Below are positions 11,061-23,389 of a stretch of 38,910 bases of DNA, one piece after another. The notes beneath the pieces are model-generated. The model ran no database searches. It was not told the DNA's origin and saw only the letters and a list, made by a program, of their open reading frames with translations. The position numbers and the translations under genes are program-made. This DNA is from Octopus bimaculoides. Lineage: Eukaryota. Numbering within the stretch: position 1 is the first letter of the stretch; every line of letters starts with the position of its first letter. The stretch spans positions 74,618,611-74,657,520 of the forward strand of contig NC_068990.1 in the NCBI RefSeq assembly GCF_001194135.2, read 5' to 3'.

Positions 11061-11272
11061 TTTTCTACTCTAGGCACAAGGCCCGAAATTTTAGGGGAAG
11101 GGACCAGTCGATTAGATCGACTCCAGTACGCAACTAGTACTTAATTTATCGACCCCGAAAGGATGAAAGGCAAAGTCAACCTGGAGGAATTTGAACTCAG
11201 AACGTAAAGACAGCCGAAATACCGCTAAAAATTTCGTCCAGCGTGCTAACGATTCTTCCAGCTCGCCGCCTT
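11061..11272 (-). mobile_element. full-length tRNA-derived SINE (abundant octopus type)
   Basis: Reverse complement aligns end to end with 12342-12556; B-box gagttcaaattcc. Confidence 0.9.
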
Positions 11273-12209
11273 AATCAGACTGATTCCATATATATGCTTT
11301 CATTTCTACTTCTTCGTTGCCTTGCAAATATGTGTAAAGATGGAAGAATCATCTTATGCTCGCGCCAGAATTAGCCAACTTTGGATAAGCCGCAAAACAA
11401 AAATGTTCTGACGCTCACAATTTTCGCTAATTTTGAAGCTTTTAATGATAACATTAAAAATTTTTGTCCACTTTCTACATTTCCTTGTATCTAAATCATT
11501 TCCATATTATGTTATTTAGCTTGTTTATTTTGTAAAAAAAAGAAAAAATTCACACTCATTGTATTTCTGGTTGTCATTTTATATAATACGCCATTTTGCT
11601 TTAATTCACTTCCATATTATCATATAATATAGAAAGGAAAAAAACAAACTATATCAATCTAAATTTGAACACATTTTCGTTATATATTTTTTAAAAAAGC
11701 AGAAGCGTTGGAGATAAAATACGAATTAAGTCAAAAATGTATAAATAAAATGTCAAAGATATTGACATTTGTGCCAAAATTTAGAAAGCTAAAATGAATT
11801 GATAGCTCATGAAATTATAATATAACGACAATGATGAATTAAAAAGCTTTAATACACACATACGTATACATACACATACACACATGCTTGTATGCACGCG
11901 CGCGCGTGTGTGTGTGTAGTTGCATTGCGTTGGAAACGCGGTACATGATTCTTTTTTTTCTTTTAATTATTATCCTGACAAAATCTATTTTAATGCAAAA
12001 TATCGGGACAAGCAGTCAGAGACAGACATTTGTCTGTTATACGTATAAGTGATATGTTTACATATGCGCAGTCATTTGGTAGCTTCAGCAAATATTAACA
12101 AGTGAAACCAAGAAACCGCAATAGCAATATATTACTATAACATCTTTATCTATAATCAATTTGTTCTGCATTAGATTTTTCTTTCCTTTTTTACTCTTTT
12201 TTCTTCTTA

Positions 12210-12341
<132 letters not shown>

Positions 12342-12555
12342 AAGGTGGTGAGCTAGCAGAATCGTTAGCATGCCGGGTGAAATGCTTAGCGGTATTTCGT
12401 GTGCTGCTACGTTCTGAGTTCAAATTCCGCCGAGGTTGACTTTGCCTTTCATCCTTTCGAGGTCGACAAATTAACTCCCAGTTGAGTAGTGGGGTCGATG
12501 TAATCGACTTGCGCCTTCCCCCAAAATTTCAGGCCTTGTGCCTAGAGTAGAAAAG

Positions 12556-12556
<1 letters not shown>
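12342..12556 (+). mobile_element. full-length tRNA-derived SINE
   Basis: ggtggtgagctagcagaatcg A-box region, gagttcaaattcc B-box, (ATT)n tail. Confidence 0.9.
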
Positions 12557-12599
<43 letters not shown>

Positions 12600-12647
12600 C
12601 ATCCTTTTCATCATCATCATCATCATTATCATTATTGTTATTATTGT

Positions 12648-12968
12648 TCAGTAGTTTTATTTTTATAACGTGCTTTCACTTCACTACCGAGCGCAGCTCT
12701 GTGCGCCTTGGGTATGTGCTGTGGTTTGCTGTGGTGCTCTTATGGTTACTGTATTGAAAGCGTTTTGCGTAGGATGTGTGCAGTGCCCAGTAGTGCAATT
12801 TTCTGTATGTTATATATATTTGTAAGTCCTGGTGTTTTTGTTATGTATTTGTCTGAATATTTTTTTATTATACCTAAGGCACCTACTATGATAGGAATTG
12901 TTTCTGTTTTTAGACTCCACATTCGAGTTATCTCTATTTCCAGGTCTTTGTATTTTGAAAGTTTTTCC
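12648..12968 (-). mobile_element. R4/Dong-like 3' end with nearly intact frame
   Basis: KLSKYKDLEIEITRMWSLKTETIPIIVGALGIIKKYSDKYITKTPGLTNIYNIQKIALLGTAHILRKTLSIQ*; 3' UTR shared with 35285-35400. Confidence 0.92.
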
Positions 12969-13004
12969 TATTATTATTATTATTATTATTATAATTATTA
13001 TTAT

Positions 13005-13240
13005 CTTGTAAGAGACTGTATATTTATTTCTGGAAGCTACTCCAATGAAGTAAGCTTTGTTATTGTAGTTGTTGTCCTTGTTGATGGTAGTGTTATTTGT
13101 TTGTGTTCTGACGGTATTTTGTGCTTACGCTGCTGTTATCGTGGTTATTTTGTATTGTTGCTGTTACTGAAATTGTTGTTACTCCTTAGGGCCTCAGATT
13201 TTCTAGAAACATCTTCAAATTTGTTTTGAAAAATCTTATA
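13005..13240 (-). mobile_element. inverted fragment homologous to the 5'/ORF1-like region of the adjacent Tx1-like copy
   Basis: Reverse complement of 13031-13100 (acaactacaataacaaagcttacttcattggagtag) matches 13875-13923 (acaactacaaatagcaaagcttccttcgctggagtag). Confidence 0.6.
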
Positions 13241-13439
13241 TTATTATGAATACGGAGGCGTCGGCTTCCTCATTCAGCAAACTGGGAAGACGAATAGGAA
13301 GTGACTCGCAAACAGACGTACAATACATGGAAAGGAAAAAGAAGCGTTGAAAGTTCATAGTTCGAATGATTGCCCTTCTTCTAAAGCAACAAACGGCAGT
13401 ATCAATAACAACAACAACAGCTTGAAGAAAAGTAACATA

Positions 13440-15225
13440 GGCGGAATTATGCTCATGTGTGGGTAAGAAGTGTTTTCATCGTTGAATATTGAAAATTCAA
13501 ATAGTCACAGTGCTATAACGTAAACGAGAGTAGTAGTAAAACAACAACGTAAATATGAAGAAAAGTAACAACAGTAGCAGATGGCAAAACCAAAAACGGC
13601 AGAAGCAGCAGCGGCAAAGGCGCCAAGGGTATCAACTGCAGAAACGATATCAGCAGCAACTGTAATAACGGTAACAGATGTAGAAGTAACAGCTACAGTG
13701 CAAGCAGCAATCGCAGAAGGAAAATCAAGGGCAGAATCAAACCAAAGGCAGAATCAATAGTAATACTAAAGCAAAAAGAGGAACAACTCTAAAAATAATG
13801 ACAAGAGCAAAACAATAGCAGTGACAAAAGCAACACCGGAAGAGGATAAAGCAATAATACTACCACTGCCACCACCAAGAACAGCAACAACTACAAATAG
13901 CAAAGCTTCCTTCGCTGGAGTAGACTCTAAGGTTTTTCCCTATAAGTTAAGGGAATAAAGAGAACTGAAGGAAACAGGACTGAGCTTGCATCCCACCTGA
14001 AACTCTAACTGCAACTGCAAGAAAAACTGTCATATATTGTTGCTCATGTTTAACAATTCGTCGTTTGGAGAGAGCCACGGACGCACAAATAGGAATGGTC
14101 CTCTGCGAAGAAAGACGGCTAACTTATATCTAGAAAAAGCAGTTCGGTGAAGCCAGGGTCTTAGTTAAGACATTTACGTTGTCAGAGCTAGCTTGAAGGA
14201 AAGAAAACTGATAAACAAGCACGGAAAACAAAGGTGCAACGGAACAACAAAGCCACAATTTAGTCACAGACGGATCGGGAGAGGCACGTGAGGCACATTT
14301 CCAAACAGATATATGCGGATTTTCAGTGACACTTCGTTCAAGTGTTAGGAGAGAGTCGGGGCTGAGACCGAGGCCAGATTGTACCGCCTATTTCAGAGAC
14401 CTGTAACTCCTTTCTGATAGGGATGTAAAGTTTTGCAAAAGGTAGAAAATTGCGGAAAAAATACTGGAAGTGATAGCTGGATGAAGAGTTAACCTGGGCA
14501 ATTTAGTCAGGATCTTGAAGTGTGCAAGATAAATCATTGGCAGCTGTCTTCGAGGCGGCTGGTTTCGGACCCGTTTTGAGAAGTTGAATTGTTGCAATAT
14601 ACGATTGCATTTGGTAGTTGCCATCTCTCTAATCATTTATACGTATTGACTGAAGAGCGATCCCTGCAGAAACTGGAGGTTTTGAGGGTCAGTTAGCCAG
14701 AATTATGATGCGAAAGATCTATGCTTGCATATGTGAACAACAATACCCTTATCGTGACGGACACGAAACACTACGAGGTGATCGGTATTACACTAAGGGA
14801 ATCGATATGGTTACAGGAGTAAAAATTAACCAGAAGTCGTTGGACCGACACCTTACCATTCATTAGCGTCAGGGTGCGTTAAACAGACTGACCAGTACAA
14901 TTGCTCAGATTTTGTTTTGATTCCGACATTCAGGTGGTCAAGGATTGAGAATAGGTAACGAGCAATGTGGCCAATCTCATACAGAAACGTGTCGAGAGGA
15001 AGATACTGCATTCTAGGATAGAAGTTTTGAATGCATATATCGATTCTATCATCTACCACAGCCTGGCTGTCATGCCTTGCCCTGCTTCACGCCTGAAAAA
15101 CACTGGACCGCTTGCTCTCCGAGATTCTGTTGAGGGAACAAATACCATTTGCTGTCAATATCCGCTTCTTAGAAGGCTGGTATTTTCTTTCATAATCGTG
15201 CGATCGTCTGCAATGTGAATCACGA
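13440..15225 (+). mobile_element. decayed, internally deleted L1/Tx1-like retrotransposon
   Basis: Low-complexity ORF1-like start (SKASFAGV); RT remnants LAAVFEAAGFGPV, GSCHLSNHLYVLT (from GCPLS), AYVNN (from YADD), VTGVKINQKS, AYIDSIIYHSLAVMPCP, ICCQYP; left boundary approximate. Confidence 0.8.
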
Positions 15226-15343
15226 TGTAGTGATTTATGAAATTTCAGCTGTCAATAAACTATATCAAACTACTTCTAATATTGAATATTGTCTTATTTA
15301 CGCTTAACGTTTATATCCACCTCTCTCTGTTTGTGTTTCTATC

Positions 15344-15410
<67 letters not shown>

Positions 15411-15438
15411 GTCTGTCTATCTATCTATTTATCTATCT

Positions 15439-15551
15439 NNNNNNNNNNNNNNNNNNNNNNNNNNNNNNNNNNNNNNNNNNNNNNNNNNNNNNNNNNNNNN
15501 NNNNNNNNNNNNNNNNNNNNNNNNNNNNNNNNNNNNNNNNNNNNNNNNNNN
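15439..15551. other. assembly gap
   Basis: N run after (TATC)n. Confidence 1.
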
Positions 15552-15672
15552 ATATATATGTATATATATATCACTCTCTCTCTCTCTATCAATCTATCTG
15601 TACACACATATATATATATGTGTGTGTGTGTATGCATATATACATACATACACACACGTATATATATATGTC

Positions 15673-15717
<45 letters not shown>

Positions 15718-16424
15718 ATATATGTATGTATATGTGCATGTATGTATGTATAGCATAGATTAAAAGTGTTATCAGTGTTGTTATTATGCAAAAACAAAAG
15801 CAATAACAAATAATGTGCATATATGAAATAGAAATATAAAAAAGATAGAGAATATTCCGAAGATAAGAGTTACACTGGAAAGGTATATTTGTTTCATTTT
15901 GTTTCATTTATATATTTATTTATTATCGTTTTTCTCCCAAACAGATCGAAATATTTCTGCCATAGAGCACCAAAAATACTTTGATGTACATAAAATGATA
16001 ATCAGTTATAAGAGGATGTGTCCATGTTTGTTTCAAAACGTAAAAAATGAACGGTTATTTTGCTGGTTTTCTTAAAGTAAAAATGTTCAGACTCCAAATT
16101 CTTGATAAAACTTGATAAAAGTACCATATTACATTTCAGCATTTTTATTTCATAAATTCTGAAAAGGTTTGATTTTTAATAAGAAAGTTTTTTTTTTAGC
16201 AGTTCAAAATACCAGCATTATCAAATAAACTTTTTCTGTGTGATTAATTATGGAACTGATTTCCCATAAGTCATGTTATTTTTTCTTTTAATATTTCTTA
16301 AATGAATTCCTATAAGAAAACAGAGGGAAAAAAATTGAATTACGAAAACAATGTGAATTTTAGACTCAAAATATTATGATTTAGAACCGATGCAGTTTAG
16401 CGTTTTACCAATGCACTTTAGCGG

Positions 16425-16540
16425 TCACTGGTGCGAAGCTATATCGGCCTTTGACTTACCCTTGGGTAACATCGGTAGCGTTGAGAGGAGAAGCCGGTAT
16501 GCTCGGACAACTGCTGGTCTTTTGAACGAAATAGAATATA
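16425..16540 (+). mobile_element. SINE 3'-body fragment
   Basis: gtcactggtgcgaagctatatcggcctttg...actgctggtct matches 33964-34070. Confidence 0.8.
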
Positions 16541-16799
16541 ATTTTAGATTTCAAATGACGAATGAATTTGCTGCCGAGATTAAAACATCAACACCACATG
16601 TTTCAGAACAGAACCAATAGACGTTCCGTTCATTAAATAAACAATGTCAGTCTCTGCCTAAAAGATTGATGTTTGTAAGCACGCTACACGCATCATTATA
16701 TCTTCAGGAGTCATGTAACTAAAATGACATTCAGGTGTTTCAATCCATATAGATGTAGATAAGTTCTCACTTTTCTCAGGAGCTGAGTTTTATACATGG

Positions 16800-16890
16800 A
16801 ATATGTTCGATTCCTAGACCTGTGTATTGTGTTATTGGGCAAGGCACTTTATCTCCTGTTACTCCAGTTCACACAGCTGCAGAATTAACT
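16800..16890 (+). mobile_element. SINE head/CORE fragment
   Basis: gttcgattcc B-box then tgtgttattgggcaaggcactttatctc...cagctgcagaa, matching 33866-33950. Confidence 0.75.
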
Positions 16891-17173
16891 CGCTTTACGA
16901 TGTAGCTGATCTTGACGGGCACAGACTTGCATAAGGCGGTTGCTTTACAACACAAATTTTCAGTGACCTTTGTCCTACAATAAATCTCACCTAGTTATTT
17001 TCCTTGATCATTGCGAAGCGGCATACACAGAGGTCTGCATGCAGCATCATTCATTATATATTATCAGACTAGTCACGCGTATGGAATGAATCACTCACTG
17101 TTTCTAAGTAAATATAAATTCTACATACTGGATTATATGGCCTTTCTTCCGTCTATAAGCATAAAATTAGATG

Positions 17174-17222
<49 letters not shown>

Positions 17223-17979
17223 ATGCATGTATGGATGTATGTGTGTGTATGAATGTATGTATGCATGTTGGTATGTATGTATACCTGTTTATATTTACAT
17301 ATATATGTATGTATATATACACACACATATATATATACATATATAGATTGACATACATACATACATACATTGCATGCATGCATGCATGCATACATACATA
17401 CAAACAAACATACATACATACATACATACATACATACATACATACATACATACATACACACATACATACCTAAATACATATATGTATATGCACTTCTAAA
17501 AATATTTAATTTAATCTTTGCAAATTTAGTTCTATATTTGGTAAAATTAATTTGCAAATAACATTCAGAAGCTTTAGGCATGTATTTTATAGCCGTGTCT
17601 ACTAAAATTCTTATAAATATTTATTTTTTAAAATTTAATAATTACGCTAACTTTATTTTATGAGACATGTAAAGACTATTGTTTTTTCGACTGCGTTTTT
17701 ATTTAGAGTTTACTGACGAGGATAACTAATTCTCGGTATCACTGATTATCAAATGCACTGCGTATTTCTTAAACTTCGAGTCTCTTTCACGGTTGTCATG
17801 TCAGTGGACAAGTTGAACATAAACAGACACGAAGAAGGTATCTATTAATTTTAAAATATAAAAACTTTTCCCTATATTTTTTTAATATTCGATCTGTACA
17901 CATTTAGAATTAAAGTAGGGCTTTATAAAAATTTAAGATCCAATACGTATATCTCCCTGGGAGCGCGCTATGACCTTGT

Positions 17980-18158
17980 ACTTGTAAATCAAAGGGTCAG
18001 CATTGTCACACTCTGTGTCATGCTGAATATCCCTTAGAACTACATTGAGGGTACGCGTGTCTGGGGAGTGCTTAGCCACTCACGCGTTAATTTCATGAAC
18101 AGGCTGTTCTGTTGATCGGGTTAACAGGAGCTCTGGTCGTCGTAACCGACGGAGTACC
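17980..18158 (+). mobile_element. interspersed repeat, probable SINE 3' body
   Basis: Recognised from memory as an octopus repeat; a decayed second copy lies near 4055-4115; followed by a (TATC)n tail. Confidence 0.55.
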
Positions 18159-18159
18159 A

Positions 18160-18161
18160 GT

Positions 18162-18202
<41 letters not shown>

Positions 18203-18264
18203 GATCGATCGATCGATCTGTCTGTCTGTGTGTCTATCTAACTATCTAGCTAGCTAGTTCTCTC

Positions 18265-18316
<52 letters not shown>

Positions 18317-18345
18317 TCTTGATACACATACACACATACACACAA
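18160..18345. repeat. (TATC)n(GATC)n(TGTC)(TAGC)n(CT)n(CA)n compound microsatellite
   Basis: Directly visible. Confidence 0.95.
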
Positions 18346-18440
18346 CTTCCATCTACCAAATGTCATTCACGTATTATTGAGCAACCCGTGGTTATTATAC
18401 ATAATGCTAGTTGCCTGTCTAAATCTTTGAATCAAAATCT
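18344..18440 (-). mobile_element. decayed SINE (type of 6730-6890)
   Basis: cttccatctaccaaatgtcattcac is the reverse complement of the gtgaatttggtagatggaa segment. Confidence 0.5.
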
Positions 18441-20354
18441 CTTAACTAGATAACCATGTTTGTAAAAGTTGTGCCGAATGACAACGAAGTTATACTGTCA
18501 GTTAACTGTGATAACATCGATATATAATGGTCATCATGTTACATATTTTCACAGCTATAACACCAAATAATCTGATAAATTTTAACATCAGATATACATA
18601 TTTATGTATCAGATATACACCTACAGAGAGAAACAAAATTCAATATTGGTATTACTGTCATTATTGCTGCTACTGCTACTGCTGCTGCTGATGACTTTCT
18701 TCTTAATGCCGTTGAAGTTTCTATTGTAGTTATTGTTGATGTGTTCCTTTACTGTTAGATATTCTATTGAAGAATGTTGATAATACACAGATTTAACTCT
18801 TGTCGGTTTTATCAGTTTAAAAGTATATTAAAGATAATACATGGGTATATTTTCACACCTTTCTTTTTCATGCCCAGGGGTACATTTAATCTCAGCACTG
18901 AAAGCTCTATATTGGTTTGTTAAGGGGTAAAAGATTTCAGTTCTTAATCAATGCATTGATCGTAAAAGATAAAAAAAAAAAATACTTCTGTTTCTCGTCA
19001 AAACTAGCACGCTGGCATCATATTGACCCGATCATTTACAAACTTGTCTGTGTCATAAAGATGTTAAGTATAGCAGATTGGAAACAATCTCATAAAAACA
19101 TGAGTATAAGCTGTAGAGAGGATACATAAGCCATGATTTTAGTCAATAAGTTCTTTAAACTATTAAAATTAAAGCAGATAAGATCAGTACCATGTTGTTA
19201 TTTTGTTTGATGATTTCTGTTTGCATTTCTTGAAACGATGAAAATTAAGACCATGCTGCAGCAGTATCATCTTGCTTACAACTGAAATATTATATTTTTT
19301 ATTCTTGTCAAATCATGTAATGTTAGTTAGATGAGACGGTTGATGCCTCCTACTGGCAGTTTTTACTTTATATTGTGGCATTTAAGAACATTATTGAGTA
19401 TACAAGGCTTTGCTGTATCTGAAAGAGAAAGATTTAGGATATTTTCGAAAATAGGACACTGAAAAATGACACAGTTGTAAACTATATATATATGAAGTCA
19501 TTAGAATTTAATTAATTAGAAAAAGGGTTCTTTGAGTAGCAACCACGTGTCTAATTAACCTTCAATGCATTAAACAGGTGGCCATCTTACTTTGACATTG
19601 AGACACCTACTTAGTACACCTTTGATTAGCTAAATATAGGTTTATTCAATAGAAGAAACAATTCACAAGATTGTTTTGTTGTTGTTGTTGTTACTGTTGC
19701 TGTTGCTGTTGTTGTTACTGATGTTTAACACCAGACCAAACTTGATAGGACAGACTTAAGTTCAAATGCCTCCCTCTTATAACCAACACCTATTTTTTGT
19801 TTTAATATTTGTGAGTGAAGTGAATGTGATTTGTGACTATTTCTTTGCTAATTCTAATTAAGTCGGATGATTTCTGTTTAATACTTATATTCCTTGTTTT
19901 TCCCAGGTCAATTCTCAACCAGCAAGTCTATTATAAATCCTTTCCACTTACGATGCATTCATATATATGAAGAACTAAATGTTCATTATGGCCTTCCATT
20001 TTTGTAGACAATATAGTATAATTTGAGAGAGAATTGGTTGATAATTTTAGTAGGTCGCGCAACTGTGTAAAAAATTATTTTATGATTTATATTGTTGTTG
20101 TCTAGCCCTAAGTCATCCTTGATCAAGTTAACTTAAAAGCATTCCAGTTAGGTTCATCCCTTCCTAATTTAAAACAACTTATAGAACACTAACCAAGATG
20201 TTCTTTTTATGATGGTAGATGTTTATCTAAAATCTATATCAGGTTGTAACCACTTTCTTCACGCGTACACTTGGTAGCTAGAAATGACGTTCTTAAGAGT
20301 CTCTCTCTCTGTTGAAAGATTTCGACGAATGTTCAGACAATACACCTTATCACT

Positions 20355-20669
20355 TAAACCAACACAAAAACCAACAACACTAACACCACCGCCAACGCCA
20401 ATATGAAAATCACCACTTCAATAAGAACTGCCACTATCACAGTCACCACGACCACGACTACAACAACTCTACCCAGTATCACAACCCCAGCTGCAGCATC
20501 TATCACAATCACCACAGCCCCAGCTACAGCAACGACCACTATTATCAAAATTACCTTCATCACTACCAATGCTACCACCGCAACCACCAACACTTATGCT
20601 CCCACCACCATCTCCGTTACTCCCACCATACCACCAACGCTCCCATTATCACCTCTATCAAAACCTTAA
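20355..20669. repeat. degenerate (ACC/ACA)n cryptic simple repeat
   Basis: A/C-rich trinucleotide periodicity; gives a Thr-rich ORF. Confidence 0.75.
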
Positions 20670-21121
20670 ATTCTGCCACCGCAGTCAAGATCCCAATTTG
20701 TATTTGGTCTCTTGATTTGCTAAAAAATGCAGTCAAATCTCTCTTAAATCACACCCTAATGCCTTTGTAATGGAAAGGGCTCTGCAGAAAATATAGCCCT
20801 AGAATTTAGAAAATCTGGGATTTAGAAAATCTGGGATGCTCGTGCTTGTAATTGCTTTGATCATATGCATGTTTCACCTGAGACGAAACATAAATAAGAG
20901 ACATCAAGTCAAATAGGCTGTTTAACATGATCTCGCAACCTACTAAAAGAAACTGCCAAAATTCATTCAAATCAGAAGAATAACAGAGTTTTAGGGTTCA
21001 GAACGCAAAAGCACTTGGCGCTTCCATTTTAATTATTACGTTTGATAGACTAGGATAGAATTTGCACTATCTCACAACTTGCACCTAATGACAACTTCCA
21101 TATCTTTTACCCCTACCACTG

Positions 21122-21127
21122 CACACA

Positions 21128-21225
<98 letters not shown>
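21122..21225. repeat. (CA)n microsatellite
   Basis: Directly visible. Confidence 0.98.
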
Positions 21226-21226
<1 letters not shown>

Positions 21227-21420
21227 TCATATATATATAATGGTCGTAGCTGGAAAGCTTTTGGTCAGAGGTCTGCAAAATTAGAGATGACCCGGGGTTA
21301 AGCAACAACAGAAACAACTACTATATCTTGAATATTTTCAAATCTATGAAATGAAAGAATGAACTAAATAGCGAAATTACAGTTGGTCAAAGAGGACGTT
21401 AATGTTTATCCTTGGTACTT

Positions 21421-21440
21421 TGACCTCTGACCTCTGATCT
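21421..21440 (-). promoter_or_regulatory. DR1-type nuclear receptor response element-like motif
   Basis: TGACCT-c-TGACCT-c-TGATCT; function is inference. Confidence 0.3.
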
Positions 21441-22196
21441 ACATGATTACTCAGGTGGAGAAGATTAGTCATTTATGATTTCATTAAAAGAAAAAAAAAT
21501 AAGAATCACCCTGACAGGAACAAAGCGTAAAGACATGCATAAACTATAGCTGTATTGAAAAATAAATAATATAAAAACAACCTTATTATTATTCTTCTTT
21601 CTCCTGCAATGATTAAATAATAGAAAGCATTCTGCACTATCCTGAGAAGCCATGTGGAAGAATAAATTTAATGAAGTGAATACAAAGTCGGCATTTGCGA
21701 TTCTAATCGCCAAAACTAATGTTTACAAAGGCAGTGGTAAATCTTAGGCCAGACATGTTTTGAAAGGTCAAGAATTTGTATAGATTCAGTCCATATAATA
21801 TTCAGTGAAGCAAGAAATATTTTGAATTTAATTAGGAACTTTGTGCAAAGACTGATCTAAACATACTCCAAACAAATTGTATTTCTATTCTTAAGGTGTA
21901 ATTTGTGCAGAATGAAAACTTATAATAGAAGGAATCAATTTCAACTTCTATAACTTCTAGTTCCTTTCATAAATCTAATGAGGAATTTTGGAGAGAATAT
22001 TTGTAAAAATCAATATCGATTTATTTAGACTAGGCGTGAGGCCAAATTTGTATATGACCAGAGCAGAGAAGCTAAAATAACATTCATCATATTACTGCTA
22101 CTAGGCATATCAGTCTTATAGGAAAGGAAAATAAAGTAGATCAATACATATTTCCGATACAGAATACTAAAGTAACAAATATTGTTAAAGTAGTAT

Positions 22197-22229
<33 letters not shown>

Positions 22230-22489
22230 NNNNNNNNNNNNNNNNNNNNNNNNNNNNNNNNNNNNNNNNNNNNNNNNNNNNNNNNNNNNNNNNNNNNNNN
22301 NNNNNNNNNNNNNNNNNNNNNNNNNNNNNNNNNNNNNNNNNNNNNNNNNNNNNNNNNNNNNNNNNNNNNNNNNNNNNNNNNNNNNNNNNNNNNNNNNNNN
22401 NNNNNNNNNNNNNNNNNNNNNNNNNNNNNNNNNNNNNNNNNNNNNNNNNNNNNNNNNNNNNNNNNNNNNNNNNNNNNNNNNNNNNNNNN
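22230..22489. other. assembly gap
   Basis: N run flanked by (AT)n. Confidence 1.
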
Positions 22490-22894
22490 TATAGACTAGA
22501 GTACATTCTACATTAAAATATTCAAGAGGTTAAATGTCGTGAATAATATATGCAGCATTAACATAAAATAAAAGGATTCTTCACACATGGCCATATGTTT
22601 CACACGTTTCGAGGCTTTTCAAATGAATAAGGTATTTTGTCTCGTTATTGGGTTAAATGTTGTTGCTTCCTAAGATCAATGCACTAAATAAGGAAAAGAA
22701 TGTCCTCGCATAAAGACAGAGCCTCAAACCTAAGTTTTACATTAATTTTGGTTTTCTCGGAAACCTAACTTTATCTGAACGACATGACTCACTGTTTTAG
22801 CCTAAATTTTCCATTTGTTTTACGTTTTTCTCCAACTTCCACCCCTCCACCATTCTAAGGTTCTTTGAAACATAAGTTACTAATTGTCTCTCGT

Positions 22895-23180
22895 TAAACT
22901 TCTTTTTCTTCTTCTTCTTCTTCTTCTTCTTCTTCTTCTTCTTCTTCTTCTTCTTCTTCTTCTGCCTCCTCGTCTTCATCTTCTTCCCCCTCCTTCTTTT
23001 CTTTTTCTTCTTCTTCTTTTTCTGCCTCCTCCTCCTCCTCCTCGTCTTCTTCTTCTTCTTCTTCTTCTTCTTCTCCTTGTCCTCCTCGTCCTCCTCGTCC
23101 TCCTCCTCCTCCTCGTCCTCCTCCTCCTCCTCCTCCTCCTCCTCCTACTACTACTACTACTACTACTACTGCTGCACCTC
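22895..23180. repeat. (CTT)n/(CCT)n/(CGT)/(ACT)n pyrimidine-rich compound repeat
   Basis: Directly visible. Confidence 0.96.
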
Positions 23181-23389
23181 TTCAACTTTCTTTTCGTTCC
23201 CTTTGTCTTATTTTCGTTTCCTGTGTCTCTTCATCTTGTCCTTCCTCTCTATATCCTTCATCTTTTGTCTCCTTCCTTCAATTTTTCTCTGTCTATGTCT
23301 TCGTTTATTTTCCTCTCTTATATCCTTTAACCACAAGGCAATGTAATAGTGTGTTGTCGACCTTTCTCCTCCGATACTACGAATGTTTC

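Noticed and set aside
15945-16039. Exon candidate (RNISAIEHQKYFDVHKMIISYKRMCPCLFQN)
   Set aside because: Good acceptor but poor donor (AAC|gtaaaa), no recognisable peptide, and such an open length is expected by chance.
17713-17745. CTGACGA followed by a weak stem
   Set aside because: No GAAA box or stem III.
19544-19610. Cluster of E-box and TAATTA motifs
   Set aside because: 6-mers at this density are expected by chance without conservation data.
20403-20669. 88-aa Thr-rich mucin-like ORF
   Set aside because: It is a decayed (ACC/ACA)n repeat that is stop-poor by composition; no signal peptide or splice context.
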